Of a DNA stretch of 64,000 nucleotides, positions 45,095 to 56,500 are shown piece by piece. This DNA is from Macrostomum lignano (taxonomy: Eukaryota): positions 62,001-126,000 of the forward strand of contig NIVC01000411.1 of the NCBI GenBank assembly GCA_002269645.1, in the 5' to 3' direction. The translations under genes were made by a program, and so were the position numbers. Under the pieces are notes generated by a model, which saw only the letters and a program-made list of their open reading frames with translations, had not been told where the DNA came from and ran no database searches. The number at the start of each line of letters is the position of its first letter. Position 1 is the first letter of the stretch.

Positions 45095-45950
45095 TGTACG
45101 CTCCCTTACCCCTAAACCCCACTGCCAATGTACACTCCCTTACCCCTAAACCCCACTGCCAATGTACACTCCCTTACCCCTAAACCCCACTGCCAATGTA
45201 CACTCCCTTACCCGAAACCCCACTGCCAATGTACACTCCCTTACCCGAAACCCCACTGCCAATGTACACTCCCTTACCCCGAAACCCCACTGCCAATGTA
45301 CACTCCCTTACCCCGAAACCCCACTGCCAATGTACACTCCCTTACCCCTAAACCCCACTGCCAATGTACACTCCCTTACCCCTAAACCCCACTGCCAATG
45401 TACACTCCCTTACCCCGAAACCCCACTGCCAATGTACACTCCCTTACCCCGAAACCCCACTGCCAATGTACACTCCCTTACCCCGAAACCCCACTGCCAA
45501 TGTACACTCCCTTACCCCGAAACCCCACTGCCAATGTACACTCCCTTACCCCGAAACCCCACTGCCAATGTACACTCCCTTACCCCTAAACCCCACTGCC
45601 AATGTACACTCCCTTACCCCTAAACCCCACTGCCAATGTACACTCCCTTACCCCTAAACCCCACTGCCAATGTACACTCCCTTACCCCTAAACCCCACTG
45701 CCAATGTACACTCCCTGAGCCCTAAACCACACTGCAAATGTACACTCCCTGAGCCCTTAACCCCACTGCCAATGTACACTCCCTGAGCCCTTAACCCCAC
45801 TGCCAATGTACACTCCCTGAGCCCTTAACCCCACTGCCAATGTACACTCCCTGAGCCCTTAACCCCACTGCCAATGTACACTCCCTGACCCCTGAACCCC
45901 ACTGCCAATGTACACTCCCTGACCCCTGAACCCCACTGCCAATGTACACC
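45095..45950. repeat. 34-bp minisatellite (CACTCCCTTACCCCTAAACCCCACTGCCAATGTA) between NUFIP1 and CLPB
   Basis: Seen directly; about 25 units. Confidence 0.96.
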
Positions 45951-45983
45951 CTGATATTCAATAGAGATGTACTTATAAACTTC

Positions 45984-48900
45984 ATGATTATTGGCACCGC
46001 AAGATCTGCTGCTACCCAGTCTCAGCTACTGGTGTCGGCCACCTGGTGCCGACGTCTCAGCCGGCTGCTGACTGCTCAACTGGCGACTCAAACCGACGCT
46101 AGTCAGTACAGTCGGGATCATCGTCGACACCGTTATGAGCATCGTCAGCAGCCTCGCCGGCCGGTGGTCGCGATGGCCGTCCTGCTCGGCGGAGCAGCCG
46201 GAAGCGCCGTGGCCAGAGCCGATGATGGCGACAAAAACTCGCAAGCCGATGAGGACGAGCTGCTCAGATTCTGTCGGCTTGGCGACGCCAACAAAGTGCA
46301 GCAGTTGATTCTGCGGCATCGGATGGTGCGCCGAAACCAGCTGGGCTCGCGGGATAGAGATGGGGATCCTGAGAGGCGATTGGCCAATGTGAGGCACAGG
46401 CTGGGCTGGACTGCCCTGGCTGCAGCTGTTGTCAACGGGCACGAGGAAGTTGCCAGGTAATTATTTGATGTCCGAATCTCTAATCCATATGTCCGAATCC
46501 TTAATCTAACTGTCGGAATCTCTAACCCACTGTCTGAATCTCTAATCCACTTGTCCGAATCTCTAATCCATCTGTCCGAATCCTTAAACCACCTGTCTCT
46601 AATAATTCATCTGTCCGAATCTCTAATCCACCTGTCCGAATCTCTAATAATCCATCTATCTGAATCTAATCCATCTGTCCGAATCTCTAATCCATCTGTC
46701 CGAATCTTTAATCCATCTGTCCGAATCTCTAATTAATCTGTCCGAATCTCTCATCCACCTGTCCGAATCTCTAGCCCACCTGTCTGAATATCTAATTCAC
46801 CTGTCCGAATCTCTATTTCACCTGTCCGAATCTCTATTTCACCTGTCCGAATCTCTAATTCACCTGTCCGAATCTTTAGCCCACCTGTCTGAATCTCTAA
46901 TCTACCTTACCGAATCTCTAATCCACCTGTCCTAATCCTTAATTCACCTGTCCGAATCTCTAATTCACCTGTCCGAATCTCTAATCCACCTGTCCTAATC
47001 CTTAATTCACCTGTCCGAATCTCTAATTCACCTGTCCGAATCTCTAATCCACCTGTCCTAATCCTTAATTCACCTGTCCGAATCTCTAATTCACTATTCC
47101 GAATCTCTAATCCACCTGTCCAAACCTCTAATTCACCTATCCGAATCTCTAATCCACCTGCCCGAATCTCTAATCCACCTGTCCGAATCTAATCCACCTG
47201 TCCGAATCTTTAATCCATCTATCCTAATCTAATCCACCTGTCCGATTAATCTCCAAACCATCTGTCCCGTCACTGGTTGCCAGGCTGTTGCTAAGCATGG
47301 GTGCGGATCCCAATGCGTCGGACACATTCTCCGGCGCCTTCTCGGTGGCCGCCCGGCTGGGCGCTAACTCGGCCGAAGTGAGCAGCCTGCGGAGCGCAGA
47401 GTTCAGCGAGCGGCTCAATCACGGCGCCACTTTTGTTGGCTGCACTCCGCTGCACTATGCCGCCCTGATTGACTCGGTTGCTATGGTGCAGCTGCTGCTG
47501 GAGGCTAAAGCCGATCCGACTATGTAAGGCTTTATTGGCAGTATAAATTGCTATGCATGTTTCATTGCCTGTACAAAATTATCCTGATACCAATCGATGT
47601 TTATTCCAATTTATTCCCTATTTGCTCTGACCCAAAATCCATATTTATCCCCTATTTTAACTGATCCCCAACCCATATTTTTCTCCTATTTGATTCCCAA
47701 TCCATATTTATTCTCTATTTGCTCGATCCTCAATACATATTTATCCCCTATTTGCTCAGATCCTCAATCCATATCTATCCCTTATTTGCTCAGATCCTCA
47801 ATCGATATTTATCCCCAATTTGCTCAGATCCCCAATCCATATTTATCCCCTTTTTAATCAGATCCCCAATCCATATATACCCTCATTTTCACTCAAGTCC
47901 CCAATCGAAATTTATCCCTCTCCCCCATCCAGCCGGAACTCTGACGGCCACCGGCCATCAGTGTACGCTCCCGAGGCCAGCCAAGTCCGCCGGCTGCTGC
48001 AGTCGGCCGAACTCGAAGCCGACCGTCGGGCACGTCGCCAGTTCCCGCTTGAGCAGCGGCTGCGCCAGTCGCTAGTCGGCCAGGAGGCCGCCATTCGATG
48101 CGTCGCCGCGGCTGTCCGTCGCAAAGAGAACGGCTGGGGCGACGCTGACCACCCGCTGGTGTTCCTGTTTCTGGGCAGCTCCGGCGTGGGCAAGACTGAG
48201 CTGGCTAAACAGGTAGGTTTGGGGGGTTTCAGGTAGGTTTGGGGTAGTTGTCAGGTAGGTTTTGGGGAGTTGTCAGGTAGGTTTTGGGGAGTTGTCAGGT
48301 AGGTTTTGGGGAGTTGTCAGGTAGGTTTTGGGGAGTTGTCAGGTAGGTTTTGGGGAGTTGTCAGGTAGGTTTTGGGGAGTTGTCAGGTAGGTTTTGGGGA
48401 GTTGTCAGGTAGGTTTTGGGGAGTTGTCAGGTAGGTTTTGGGGAGTTGTCAGGTAGGTTTTGGAGAGTTGTCAGGTAGGTTTTGGGGAGTTGTCAGGTAG
48501 GTTTTAGGAGTTGTCAGGTAGGTTTTGGAGAGTTGTCAGGTAGGTTTTGGGGAGTTGTCAGGTAGGTTTTGGGGAGTTGTCAGGTAGGTTTTGGGGAGTT
48601 GTCAGGTAGGTTTTGGGGAGTTGTCAGGTAGGTTTTGGGGAGTTGTCAGGTAGGTTTTGGGGAGTTGTCAGGTAGGTTTTGGGGAGTTGTCAGGTAGGTT
48701 TTGGGGAGTTGTCAGGTAGGTTTTGGGGAGTTGTCAGGTAGGTTTTGGGGAGTTGTCAGGTAGGTTTTGGGGAGTTGTCAGGTAGGTTTTGGGGAGTTGT
48801 CAGGTAGGTTTTGGGGAGTTGTCAGGTAGGTTTTGGGGAGTTGTCAGGTAGGTTTTGAAGAGTTGTCAGGTAGGTTTTGGGGAGTTGTCAGGTAGGTTTT

Positions 48901-51900
48901 AGGAGTTGTCAGGTAGGTTTTGGAGAGTTGTCAGGTAGGTTTTGGGGAGTTGTCAGGTAGGTTTTGGGGAGTTGTCAGGTAGGTTTTGGGGAGTTGTCAG
49001 GTAGGTTTTGGGGAGTTGTCAGGTAGGTTTTGGGGAGTTGTCAGGTAGGTTTTGGGGAGTTGTCAGGTAGGTTTTGGGGAGTTGTCAGGTAGGTTTTGGG
49101 GAGTTGTCAGGTAGGTTTTGGGGAGTTGTCAGGTAGGTTTTGGGGAGTTGTCAGGTAGGTTTTGGGGAGTTGTCAGGTAGGTTTTGGGGAGCTGTCAGGT
49201 AGGTTTTGGGGAGTTGTCAGGTAGGTTTTGGGGGATTTCAGGTAGGTCTTTGGGAGTTTTTAACGTAGGTTTGTCGGGACTTTCAGGTAGGTTTTTAGTG
49301 ATTTTCAAGTAGGTTTTTGGGGGATTTTCAGGTGGTAGGTTTTTTGGGGATTTTCCCTAATGTTCAGGGTATGCCTAGAGGATTTTCATTTCAGGTAGAT
49401 TTTAGAGGACATGGGAACTCTCAGTTAGGTGTGCTGATTTACTAAGCTTTGAGATTGTGCGAGCGTAAATCACAATGCGCCTCGCAGGTATCGCTCTACC
49501 TGAACCGAGACAGCCAGCAGGCACAGCAGCAGCAGGGTCAGAATCTGTCACAGCGGCAATCACCTCTCCAAAAGCAGCAAAAATCCGGCAATAATTCGTA
49601 CGGTTTCGTCCGCCTTGACATGTCCGAATACGCCGAGAAGCACGAAGCCGCCAAGTTGATCGGCGCTCCGCCTGGCTACGTTGGCTACGAGAGCGGCGGC
49701 CAGCTGACACAGGTGAGGCAGGGCGGGAGGATGCTGGGCGAGGGGTGGCAGAGAAAAATTGAACAGCAACTCGGGCTTTCAAGATTTTTCAGGGGTAAGA
49801 GAATTATAGAGATTAGGAGAGAAGGGATGGAGGAGAGGGAAGAGGGGATGGAGGAGAGGGGAGAGGGGATGAAGGAGAGGAGAGAGGGGATGGAGGAGAG
49901 GAGAGAGGCGATGGAGGAGAGGGGAGAGGGGATGGAGGAGAGGAGAGAGGGGATGGAGGAGAGGAGAGAGGGGATGAAGGAGAGGAGAGAGGGGATGGAG
50001 GAGAGGAGAGAGGCGATGGAGGAGAGGAGAGAGGGGATGGAGGAGAGGAGAGAGGGGATAGAGGAGAGGTGAGAGGTGAGAAGGGATGGAGGAGAGGGGA
50101 GAGGGGATGGAGGAGAGGAGAGAGGGGATAGAGGAGAGGGGAGAGAGGATGGAGGAGAGTGGAGAGAGGAGAGGGGATGGAGAGAGGGGATGGAGGAGAG
50201 GAGAGAGGCGATGGAGGAGAGGAGAGAGGGGATGGAGGAGAGGGGAGAGGGGATGAAGGAGAGGAGAGAGGGGATGGAGGAGAGGAGAGAGGCGATGGAG
50301 GAGAGGGGAGAGGGGATGGAGGAGAGGAGAGAGGGGATGGAGGAGAGGAGAGAGGGGATGAAGGAGAGGAGAGAGGGGATGGAGGAGAGGAGAGAGGCGA
50401 TGGAGGAGAGGAGAGAGGGGATGGAGGAGAGGAGAGAGGTGAGAAGGGATGGAGGAGAGGGGAGAGGGGATGGAGGAGAGGAGAGAGGGGATAGAGGAGA
50501 GGGGAGAGAGGATGGAGGAGAGGGGAGAGAGGAGAGGGGAGAGGGGAGGAGAGAGGGGATGGAGGAGAGGGGATAGAGGAGAGGGGATAGAGAAGAGGGG
50601 ATAGAGGAGAGGGGATAGAGGAGAGGGGAGAGGGGATAGAGGAGAGGGGAGAGGGCATATCGTCTCTCTACTCTCAAAAAGCTAAATATTGGCAGAAGGG
50701 TTGGGCCACAACCTCATAAACCACAGCTGACGGCAATTCGGCCCATCCCACTGACTCTTAAGCACATAGAAGCGGTCCCCCTTTTGGGTAATTTTCGCGC
50801 TACATCACCCTGAATCCTCCAGGCACTGCAGCGCTGCCCGTCGGCCATAGTCCTGCTGGACGAGGTGGACAAGGCCCATCCGGACGTGCTCAGCACGCTG
50901 CTCCAATTGTTCGACGAGGGTCGCCTAACCGATGGCCAGGGTCGCACCGTCAGCTGTAAGGACGCTGTGTTCATCATGACATCGAATTTGGCGTCGGATC
51001 AAATTGCCGAGTACGGGCAGCGCCTGAGGCAGGCCGAGGCGGCCGGGGGCGCGGGCCGCAGCGGCGGTGCGGGCAGCAGGGAGCTGCAAGTCGAGGCCGA
51101 GGTGATTTTGCTGTTTCAGTACCTGTTGGATCCCCTGTTGTATACGAGTCACCGGGTTTTTATTCACCGCTTGGATCCCTGTTATTTCTTCAGTAGAAAA
51201 CACCGGTTAGATAACCTGTTATTAGCCCTGTAAATAGCACCGGTTAGGTAACCTGTTATTAGCCCTGTAAATAGCACCGGTTAGATCACCTGTTATTAGC
51301 CCTGTCAATAACACCGGTTAGATCACCTGTTATTAGCCCTGTCAATAACACCGGTTAGATCAACTGTTATTAGCCCTGTCAATAACACCGGTTAGATCAC
51401 CTGTTATTAGCCCTGTCAAAAAGCACCGGTTAGATCACCTGTTATTAGCCCTGTCAAAAAGCACCGGTTAGATCACCTGTTATTAGCCCTGTCAAAAAGC
51501 ACCGGTTAGATCACCTGTTATTAGCCCTGTAAAAAACACCGGTTAGATCACCTGTTATTAGCCCTGTCAATAACACCGGTTAGATCACCTGTTACCAGCA
51601 AAATCTCCCAACTCCCGCACCTGGCAGGTGAGCCGCGACTTCAAGGACACTGTAGTCCGCCCAATCCTCAAGCGTCACTTCCGCCGCGACGAATTCCTTG
51701 GCCGAATCAATGAGATCGTCTACTTCCTGCCGTTCAACTCTGCCGAGCTGGCTCAGCTGGTCAACCGGCAGCTCAACAAGTGGGCAGCTGTGGCCAAGGA
51801 CCGCCACGGTATCGATCTGGTCTGGAGCGGCAAAGCAGTCGAGGCGCTGTCAGACGGGTATGACTATCACTACGGCGCCAGGTCGATCAAATACGAAGTT

Positions 51901-52122
51901 GACCGGCAGGTGGTGAGTCAGCTGGCATTGGCTGACGAATTCGGCCTTTTGAGCTCTGGCGATCGGGTGGAGCTCATCGTGTCCGACTCGGCCAAGCAGC
52001 GCAAAGTTGATTTGAAAATCTGCCGTGGTCAGCTGGGTTCTAAGGATTATTCTACTGTCATTGTTAGGGAGAAGCTGGCTGCGGATTCGGCAGGCGCTTC
52101 ATCAGCAGCGGCTTCTGAGTAG
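45984..52122 (+). CDS. CLPB: Mitochondrial ankyrin-repeat AAA+ disaggregase CLPB/Skd3, 6 exons, about 663 aa
   Basis: Exons 45984-46456, 47284-47523, 47933-48212, 49488-49712, 50823-51101 and 51628-52122, phases consistent. Motifs: [67 protein letters not shown] (Walker A), [34 protein letters not shown] (Walker B), [32 protein letters not shown] 45984 is preferred because ATG 45942 lies in the repeat. Confidence 0.95.
46470..47250. repeat. About 21-bp minisatellite (CACCTGTCCGAATCTCTAAT[C/T]), CLPB intron 1
   Basis: Seen directly. Confidence 0.93.
47630..47900. repeat. Degenerate minisatellite of about 33 bp (CAATCCATATTTATCCCTATTTGCTCAGAT core), CLPB intron 2
   Basis: Seen directly. Confidence 0.75.
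48210..49400. repeat. 22-bp minisatellite (GTCAGGTAGGTTTTGGGGAGTT), CLPB intron 3; unit contains CAG|GTAGGT
   Basis: About 45 well-conserved units plus degenerate ends. Confidence 0.97.
49805..50655. repeat. Purine-rich minisatellite of about 21 bp (GGATGGAGGAGAGGAGAGAGG), CLPB intron 4
   Basis: Seen directly. Confidence 0.93.
51195..51597. repeat. 37-bp minisatellite (GGTTAGATCACCTGTTATTAGCCCTGTCAATAACACC), CLPB intron 5
   Basis: Seen directly; about 11 units. Confidence 0.95.
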
Positions 52123-52321
52123 CTTCTCTTATTCGCGTTATCCAGATCTGAATGCAAAACTCGATTTTTATTTTGCACACCTTCATAATTCACGTACAAT
52201 GCTGATGCTGTGACGTTGCGAAATTCAATAAATTTGATTGGACATTATCTAGCTGATTCTCTTATGCACTAAATGCTTCTGTTTTCTTACGGTGCTTTGT
52301 ACTTTCTGTGGGCTTCGGACG

Positions 52322-52504
52322 GACAGGCAGGCAGACAGGCAGACAGAGAGGCAGACAGACAGACAGACAGACAGACAGACAGGCAGGCAGGCAGGCAGGC
52401 AGGCAGACAGACAGACAGACAGACAGACAGAGAGACAGACAGACAGAGAGGCAGGCAGACAGACAGACAGACAGACAGACAGACAGGCAGGCAGGCAGGC
52501 AGGC

Positions 52505-52535
<31 letters not shown>

Positions 52536-52540
52536 GAGCC

Positions 52541-52591
<51 letters not shown>

Positions 52592-52636
52592 CAGACAGAC
52601 AGATAGACAGACAGACAAAGACAAGCAGGCAGACAC

Positions 52637-52679
<43 letters not shown>

Positions 52680-52682
52680 GGC

Positions 52683-52749
<67 letters not shown>

Positions 52750-52854
52750 GAGACAGACAGACGGACAGACAGACAGACAGAGAGGCAGGCAGACAGACAG
52801 ACAGACAGACAGACAGACAGGCAGGCAGGCAGACAGACAGACAGACAGACAGAC

Positions 52855-52885
<31 letters not shown>

Positions 52886-53538
52886 GAGGCAGACAGACAG
52901 ACAGACAGACAGACAGACACAGGCAGGCAGGCATGCAGACAGACAGACAGACAGACAGACAGGCAGGCAGGCATGCAGACAGACAGACAGACAGACAGGC
53001 AGGCAGGCAGGCAGAGAGGTAGACAGACAGACAGACAGACAGACAGAGAGACAGACAGACAGACAGACAGACAGGCAGGCAGGCATGCAGACAGACAGAC
53101 AGTCAGACAGGGCAGTACACTGTATACAAAAAAGACGCAGAACAAGGACAAAGACTGCATACTATATGAATTATGTACTACACAGGTAAATGAATCAACG
53201 GTGCTGATTTGCCTCCGAGTTCAGCCGCAGGAAAATGCAAAAAAATGGAAATTATAGTTTTATTGCTGCAATACTCTGAAACTCAGGTCCGTATATGCTG
53301 TACGGTACAGGCGCTAGTTAACTGCGGGCCTTTGCGCACCAAGAAAGCTGTCTTCGCAAGTATTGCGCTGTCTTTTTGGTGAAATAATAGTGTTTTAGAC
53401 AGTTGTAAAAACGCTGCTATTTGAGAAATTATGGTTTAAAAAAGTGACGGTATGTTCTATCTGCGGTGAGCTGATTCTAAGAAACTGAAAACAAATATTG
53501 GTCTCCAGATGGCAGCCGGTCCAGTTGTGCCTGATAAG
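52322..53538 (-). mobile_element. Core + (GTCY)n interspersed repeat, family B copy 1
   Basis: (CAGA/CAGG)n at 52322-53110 plus a core of about 430 bp to 53538. It is the near-identical reverse complement of 60786-61460. Confidence 0.8.
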
Positions 53539-53543
53539 GCAAT

Positions 53544-56500
53544 TCAACGGCACACGGGTATAGTGAGGGCCCGTTTCAGCGCGAGAGCCGACTGCCGACC
53601 CATCTGGAACTGGTCGTGCAGGGCTGTGATTCGTTCCACCGCGTTCACGCCCTGGTACTCCGGCTCCAGGTTGCTGGTGGTCTGGTAGCCCAGACTGGGG
53701 TACACGTGCTTCATGCACAGCTTCACTGCCGGCGCCGAGAAGGTCAACTTGCCCACCTGGGTTGGTTGCCAAATGCATTGGTGTACGGTTAGTACAGTAG
53801 GCTGATATGCGGCTCTTTGGTCTTGCGAACATACGCTCGTAAGGAGAGCGGGGAATTGGGGCATCGCGAGTGTAGGCGTGTGAAGTGTAGAGGCGTGGGT
53901 GTAGAGGTGTAGGCGTGGGGTGTAGAGTTGTGGGCGTGGGGTGTAGAGGTGTAGAGGCGTGGGTGTAGAGCTGTGGGCGTGGAGTGTAGAGGTGTTGGCG
54001 TGTGGGGTGTACGAGACGTGGTGTCAGGTTTCGTAGAGACGTGGGCGTGTGAGGTGTAGAGGTGTGGGCGTGTGGTGTAGAGATGTGGGAGTGTGAGGTG
54101 TAGAGGTGTGGGGTGTAGAGGTGCAGAAGTGTATGCGTGGGGTGTAGAGGTGTAGGCGTGTGGGGTGCTGCGGTGTGGGCGTGGGGTGTGGTATGGTGTG
54201 GGTTGTGGGTGTCAAATGGGAGGTGTGGTGTGTCTGGTGTGTTGTGTTGGGGTGTGCGTTGTTGGGTTCGGGTTTGGTGTACGGTGTGGGGTAATCAGCA
54301 TGTCTCCGTTCAGAATTCCTGCAGAATCTCACCTTGAACAAGCCGAACTTCCACGGCGAGTTACCCACAGTTCGCGTGGCCGTCTGTCTGTACGGCGACT
54401 CGAGCTTGAGCGCGCCGAACCTGTGCGAGCTGCCCCCGGTGCGTTGGTAGCCAAAGTACAGCTCGGCATTGTCCGGCACGTCTTCGCGGAGGTACATCCG
54501 GCAGACTGCGGCAGTGTGGTAGGTTTTGCGCCACTTGTAGCTGGGCACCGCCTTCTGCAGCAGGGTGTCGCAGTTCTCGATGCACTTGAATGTTGGCCCG
54601 ACAATCCTGATGATCATGTACTTGTGCCAGCGGCCGCCGATGCACAGCTTGCGGTTCAGCAGGCGGCGTGTCACCTCAACCTGCGTTCGATTTGGGATTG
54701 CTTCGTCCGGACTACTGGGGTCTAGTGGACGAATAAAATCAACACCGAATCGAACCCGGGATGTCTTGTTGCACCCTGCCCTCACTCCTCTTCCTCCTCC
54801 CTTCTTCCCAAACCCGGACCCGCGGGGAACTATAGGGGAAAAATGACAATTTCGCACCTGGCAGCGGGTCCGGTAGCAGATGGCCCGGAAGACGCCCGGC
54901 TCTTTCAGGAAGGCCTCAATCAGCGAGTCCTTCACCGGCAGGATGAACTCCCGCTGCATTCTGGGCGCGAAGATGTCCACATCGCCGATGATGACGCCCT
55001 CCTTGACCAGCTCGCCAGTCACCGGGTGCGGCGTCGACGCCGATTTATCGTCGTGCCGTCCTCCGTCGCGTAGCAACGCATCGGAGTCGTTGGTGACGCC
55101 GGCAAACATTCTGCGCATGGTTTCAACAGTGCGCGAGGAGCAGAAATCCAGGATGGCCTTCTCGATGAGGTTGGCGATCTCGTTTTTGTTGAGTCGCAGA
55201 GACTGGCGCTGAGTCGCCGGCTTCTCGGCGTTGCCCTCCGTCAGGGAGGCCGCCTCCGCGTCCGAAGTCTCCCCGAGATTGGCAAACTGAAGGTTGTGGG
55301 TGTGGCTGCAATACCCGCTGATTGTGGCTGCAATACCTGCTGATTGTGGCTGCAATACCCGCTGATTGTGGCTGCAATACCCGCTGATTGTGGCTGCAAT
55401 ACCTGCTGATTGTGGCTGCAATACCCGCTGATTGTGGCTACAATACCCGCTGATTGTGGCTGCAATACCCACTGATTGTGGCTACAATACCCGCTGATTG
55501 TGGCTGCAATACCCGCTGATTGTGGCTGCAATACCCACTGATAGAAGCTGCAATACCCGCTGATTGTGGCTGCAATACCCGCTGATTGTGGCTGCAATAC
55601 CCACTGATAGAAGCTGCAATACCCGCTGATTGTGGCTGCAATACCCACTGATTGTGGCTGCAATACCCACTTATAGAGGCTGCAATACCCACTTATAGAG
55701 GCTGCAGTACCTACTGATAGAGGCTGCAATACCCGCTGATAGAAGCTGCAATACCCGCTGATTGTGGCTGCAATACCCGCTGATTGTGGCTGCAATACCC
55801 GCTGATTGTGGCTGCAATACCCACTGATTGTGGCTGCAATACCCGCTGAAGAGTCTGATCTGCAATACCCGCTGGTTGTAGAGTCTGATCTGCAATACCC
55901 GCTGGTTGTAGAGTCTGATCTGCAATACCCGCTGAAGAGTTTGATCTGCAATACCCAATTGCCAGGCCTCACCACCGAGTCAGTTTGCTCGCCCACGCCA
56001 AACTCCGAGGAGTCGCCTTCCATGCCACCGTCAGTGCTGGGGCCCTCGGTCGCCGAAGTGTCGTTCTCTTCATCGGTGGACCGCATCGCCGGCGCTGAGT
56101 CCTCTTCCACGCCTTCGGTTTCGGGTTCCTGGGATTCTTCCGCTTCTGCGGAGCCGGCGGATGGGGAGCTGGTACACTCTCTGTTAAGCCCTCAAATGGA
56201 CTCTCAGCAGGACTCTCTACTAAAATCTCTGCTGGACTCTCTAATGGACTCTCTAGTGGACTCTCTAATGGACTCTTTATTGAACTCTCTAATGGACTCT
56301 TTAATGGACTCTCTAATGGACTCTCTAATGGACTCTTTATTGGACTCTTTATTAGACTCTTTATGGGACTCTCTAATGGACTCTTTATTGGACTCTCTAA
56401 TGGACTCTCTAATGGACTCGCTAATGGACTCGCTAATAGATTCTCTAATGGACTCTCTAATGGACTCTCTAATGGACTCTTTATTGGACTCTTTATTAGA

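Noticed and set aside
45095-45950. Telomere-like CCCTAAA motif in the 34-bp unit (and AAACCCTAG in 19322-20880)
   Set aside because: There is only one motif per unit, embedded in other sequence, so it is not a telomeric tract.
45984-52122. Bacterial ClpB or horizontal transfer
   Set aside because: N-terminal ankyrin repeats, a single AAA+ module and spliceosomal introns identify the metazoan mitochondrial CLPB/Skd3.
55305-55960. Idea that the 22-bp array contains the working donor (GG|GTATTG)
   Set aside because: Phase consistency favours GTG|GTGAGG at 55973, upstream of the array, so it is not counted as a splice-site-derived array.
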